From an uncultured Methanosarcinaceae archaeon (GTDB lineage: Archaea; Halobacteriota; Methanosarcinia; Methanosarcinales; Methanosarcinaceae): 64,000 bases of DNA. The stretch covers positions 199,961 through 263,960 of the forward strand of contig CAVTET010000006.1 of the NCBI GenBank assembly GCA_963733675.1, read 5' to 3'. The notes beneath the pieces are model-generated. The model made no database searches, was not told the origin of the DNA, and saw only the letters and a program-made list of their open reading frames with translations. The position numbers were made by a program, and so were the translations under genes. This document shows positions 61,286-64,000 of the stretch, in pieces; the stretch's first letter is position 1, and each line of letters begins with the position of its first letter.

Positions 61286-62485
61286 ATGAAAGATTTTGAA
61301 ATCGATTCAGAAGAAGTTAATGCTGAAGAAATAATGAAGAAAATAAGAGAAAATATTCAAAAAAAAGGTATAGATGTCTATCCCAAAAAATGCGGTGAAA
61401 TTCAAAATGACGCCACAATTGAAGAATTTAATAGTAATGATATTATCAAAAGGGACTTGGAATATATTAATTCTAACTGGAATATTCAAAATAACGGATA
61501 CTTAATTAGTTCTCATCGGCCAGCTGTAGGAAAGTTTTTAATCAAAGGTAGAGAGTTGGTTCATGGAGAAGTCAAACGTTATGTTAATCCAATGATGCAA
61601 AAACAAATTTTATTCAATGAAAGTACTCTCAATATACTCAATAATGTAGCAAATAATATTAGTTTCCTTGGCAACAAAATCAAGCAAATTGAATCAAATA
61701 CTGTCAATATACTCAATAATGTAGCAGATGATATTAGTTTCCTTGACAACAAAATCGAGCAAATTGAATCAAATATTGATCTCTCTGAAGATAAAAATTT
61801 AAAAATAAACTACTTTATATTTGAAGAAAAATTCAGAGGATCGAGAGATGAGATCAAACAGAGACAGTTTAAGTATTTGGATTATTTTAAGGATTGTAAA
61901 AATGTAATTGATATTGGTTGTGGAAGAGGTGAATTTTTAGAGCTTTTGAAAGAAAATAGTATTAATGCACAGGGGCTGGATATTGACGTTAATATGATTG
62001 AATTTTGTCAGTCAAAAGAATTAAGAGTCAATATGATGGATGCAATTTCGTTCCTTGAGCAAGTGGAAAATAATAGCCTGGATGGAATATTCATTAATCA
62101 AGTGGTTGAGCATCTTGAGCCAGGTTATTTAATTAAAATGCTTAATCTATGTTACCAAAAATTGATGTCTGATTATTTTATAATCATAGAAACAGTGAAT
62201 CCACTCTCATTTGTGTCATTTGTAAATTTTTATATAGACTTATCACATACGAGACCTTTACACCCAGAAACAATGAGATTTCTACTTGAAATTGCAGGTT
62301 TTCGGGAGATTGAACTTAAGTTCTATTCACCAATAAAAGATGAATTCCGCTTGCAAAAGATTCAATTACATCAAGAAATCGAAGAAAGAGAAAAATTGCT
62401 TATTGAAACGTTTAACAACAACATTGACATTTTAAATAATCTACTATATGGCCCTCAGGATTATACATTCTTTGGGAAAAAATAG
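61286..62485 (+). CDS. Class I SAM-dependent methyltransferase with N-terminal coiled coil (glycan-capping type)
   Basis: FEEKFRGSR, DIGCGRGEFL, QVVEHL, ETVNP, DLSH.RPLHP, PQDY; directly follows wzm/wzt. Confidence 0.85.
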   Translation: MKDFEIDSEEVNAEEIMKKIRENIQKKGIDVYPKKCGEIQNDATIEEFNSNDIIKRDLEYINSNWNIQNNGYLISSHRPAVGKFLIKGRELVHGEVKRYVNPMMQKQILFNESTLNILNNVANNISFLGNKIKQIESNTVNILNNVADDISFLDNKIEQIESNIDLSEDKNLKINYFIFEEKFRGSRDEIKQRQFKYLDYFKDCKNVIDIGCGRGEFLELLKENSINAQGLDIDVNMIEFCQSKELRVNMMDAISFLEQVENNSLDGIFINQVVEHLEPGYLIKMLNLCYQKLMSDYFIIIETVNPLSFVSFVNFYIDLSHTRPLHPETMRFLLEIAGFREIELKFYSPIKDEFRLQKIQLHQEIEEREKLLIETFNNNIDILNNLLYGPQDYTFFGKK

Positions 62486-62499
62486 TGTGTTAGATTTCA

Positions 62500-63930
62500 A
62501 AAAAATCCAACTATAGTTGACGGAGCTATTACAGGAGTCGCTTTGGAGTGAAATTGAAAGGTCATGATGCAGCAATGAAAAGAGCAGTAAAGAACCTACT
62601 CTGGGCATGAGTGATATATTATGAAACAAGAATATTAAGAAACAAGAGGGTCAGCTTAAAAAGAGTTACAAGGGAACGAGTTTATGAGTAACTAAAAAGA
62701 TACTCAAAGCAGGAAAATTTTTTGTCATTACTGTTCAAAGAGGTAATCTGAAAATGTGGTTCCGTTGCAAAAACTTCAAAAAAATATGTAAATCTATAAG
62801 TGATTAATAAAAATCAAAACATTCAAGGAAAATGTACTAACATTATAAAACTATACCAAATAATTGATTAATGTATTTGACTTCATTAAGAACAGAGTAA
62901 TTTAGATCGATTACTTGTCCTTTTTTGATCATATTTATAGCTTCAATTCCTTTTAAAGTCTTATTAGCAGATCGAAAAGACTGAAATCCTAACATTGGAT
63001 TAACGATTCTCTTTATAGATCTGTGATCTTGTTCTATAATGTTATTCAAATACTTGATTTGTCGAATGCCTACGTTTTTAGGTAGTATTTTATCAATTTT
63101 TAGTTTATCTATAGCAGGTGGATAAGCTGGATTCTTATCAACGGTTATTAATCTTGGAATTTGATTATGATTAGAACTTAAAGCTTTCTTAAAGAATCTC
63201 TTCGCTGCCTTTCTATCTCGTTTTGAACTTAACATGAAATCGATTGTTTCTCCATTTGAGTCAACTGCTCGGTAAAAATATTTCCATTTACCTTTTACTT
63301 TGATATAGGTTTCATCAACTCTCCACGAATCATTTGTTGGTCTTAAATGTCTTCTTATCTTCTTTTCTATTTCAGGGGAATATTGATGTATCCATCTCAT
63401 GATTGTTGTATGGTCGACTTTTACTCCCCTTTCTGCCATCATTTCCTTTAAATTTCGATAACTTAATGCATATTTTAAGTACCATCTTACATTCAATAAG
63501 ATAATTTCCCCTTCATAATGCTTCCATTTAAAGGAATTAGATAGCATGTTACTATCTTTGGTTTTCTTTTTATTCTATTGTATCATTAGAAAGGATTTTT
63601 TGCAACGGAACCAAAATTATAGTGTCAAAATGCAGAAATATTATTTTTGCAACGGAACCGAAAATGTTTTGTACAGCTTTTTGTTCTAATATCTATCAAT
63701 TGTTGACATCGAAAATAAAATGAGGATTTAAAAGATAAACGGAAGCTATCTTTAAAATCAAAGAAAAATTACACAAAAAAGAAAAATTTGGTCAAATACG
63801 AAATTAGTGATAAAGATTTGGATAGGATTTTCATATAGAAAGCGACTAGAGTAAATCTAAATACTCTAAAATTTTGAATTTACATGGTTGAACTGAGAAA
63901 TCAACTGCATTAAGTCTGAAACTATCTGAA
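62500..63930 (+). pseudogene. Decayed IS5-family 3' half, interrupted by IS6 copy 4
   Basis: 62500-62757 joined to 63668 onward is colinear with the reverse complement of 36740-37200. Confidence 0.7.
62758..63659 (-). mobile_element. IS6 copy 4 (62758-63612, transposase 62843-63547) plus a 47-bp extension ending in a third IR; GAAAATGT target duplication
   Basis: IR at 62758 and reverse IRs ending at 63612 and 63659; GAAAATGT at 62750-62757 and 63660-63667. Confidence 0.93.
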
Positions 63931-64000
63931 TTATAAATTGAAGCAACGATATCTATTTTACTTGATTTTGAAACTTAGATATTGAGTTCTAGACTTATAA

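Noticed and set aside
63613-63635. TTGACA next to TATAAT on the minus strand as a bacterial promoter
   Set aside because: The hexamers are 1 bp apart rather than ~17, and the host is archaeal

Overview
Archaeal DNA, almost certainly Methanosarcina or a close relative (mtxX/Mmp4, MfnF-like, LSm-rpl37e-purF cluster, thiDN, trpB2, apgM, DUF1699, DUF2769, NosD-type surface protein). The window is heavily eroded: by my rough sum only ~40-45% is intact CDS. The rest is AT-rich decayed sequence holding six IS6 copies (four intact, several mosaic), remnants of IS5, IS200/IS605 and IS110 elements, several pseudogenes and a decayed tRNA-Leu(CAG). The last ~12 kb is a surface-glycan locus: epimerase, two broken acyltransferase-3 genes, a GT4 broken only by two in-frame TAG codons, Wzm/Wzt and a coiled-coil methyltransferase with a 25-aa tandem duplication. 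Best leads: (i) an unlisted 52-aa ORF with a leader carrying a duplicated motif, upstream of the cysteine desulfurase; (ii) the double-amber GT4 in a pyrrolysine-using lineage; (iii) a possible WbdD-like chain-length ruler; (iv) an IS6 with a third inverted repeat whose 8-bp target duplication flanks the outer end; (v) dispersed REP-like hairpins derived from IS200 ends; (vi) a secreted GGWGGY-repeat peptide. No CRISPR array or rRNA seen. All calls come from reading the sequence by eye, without database searches.
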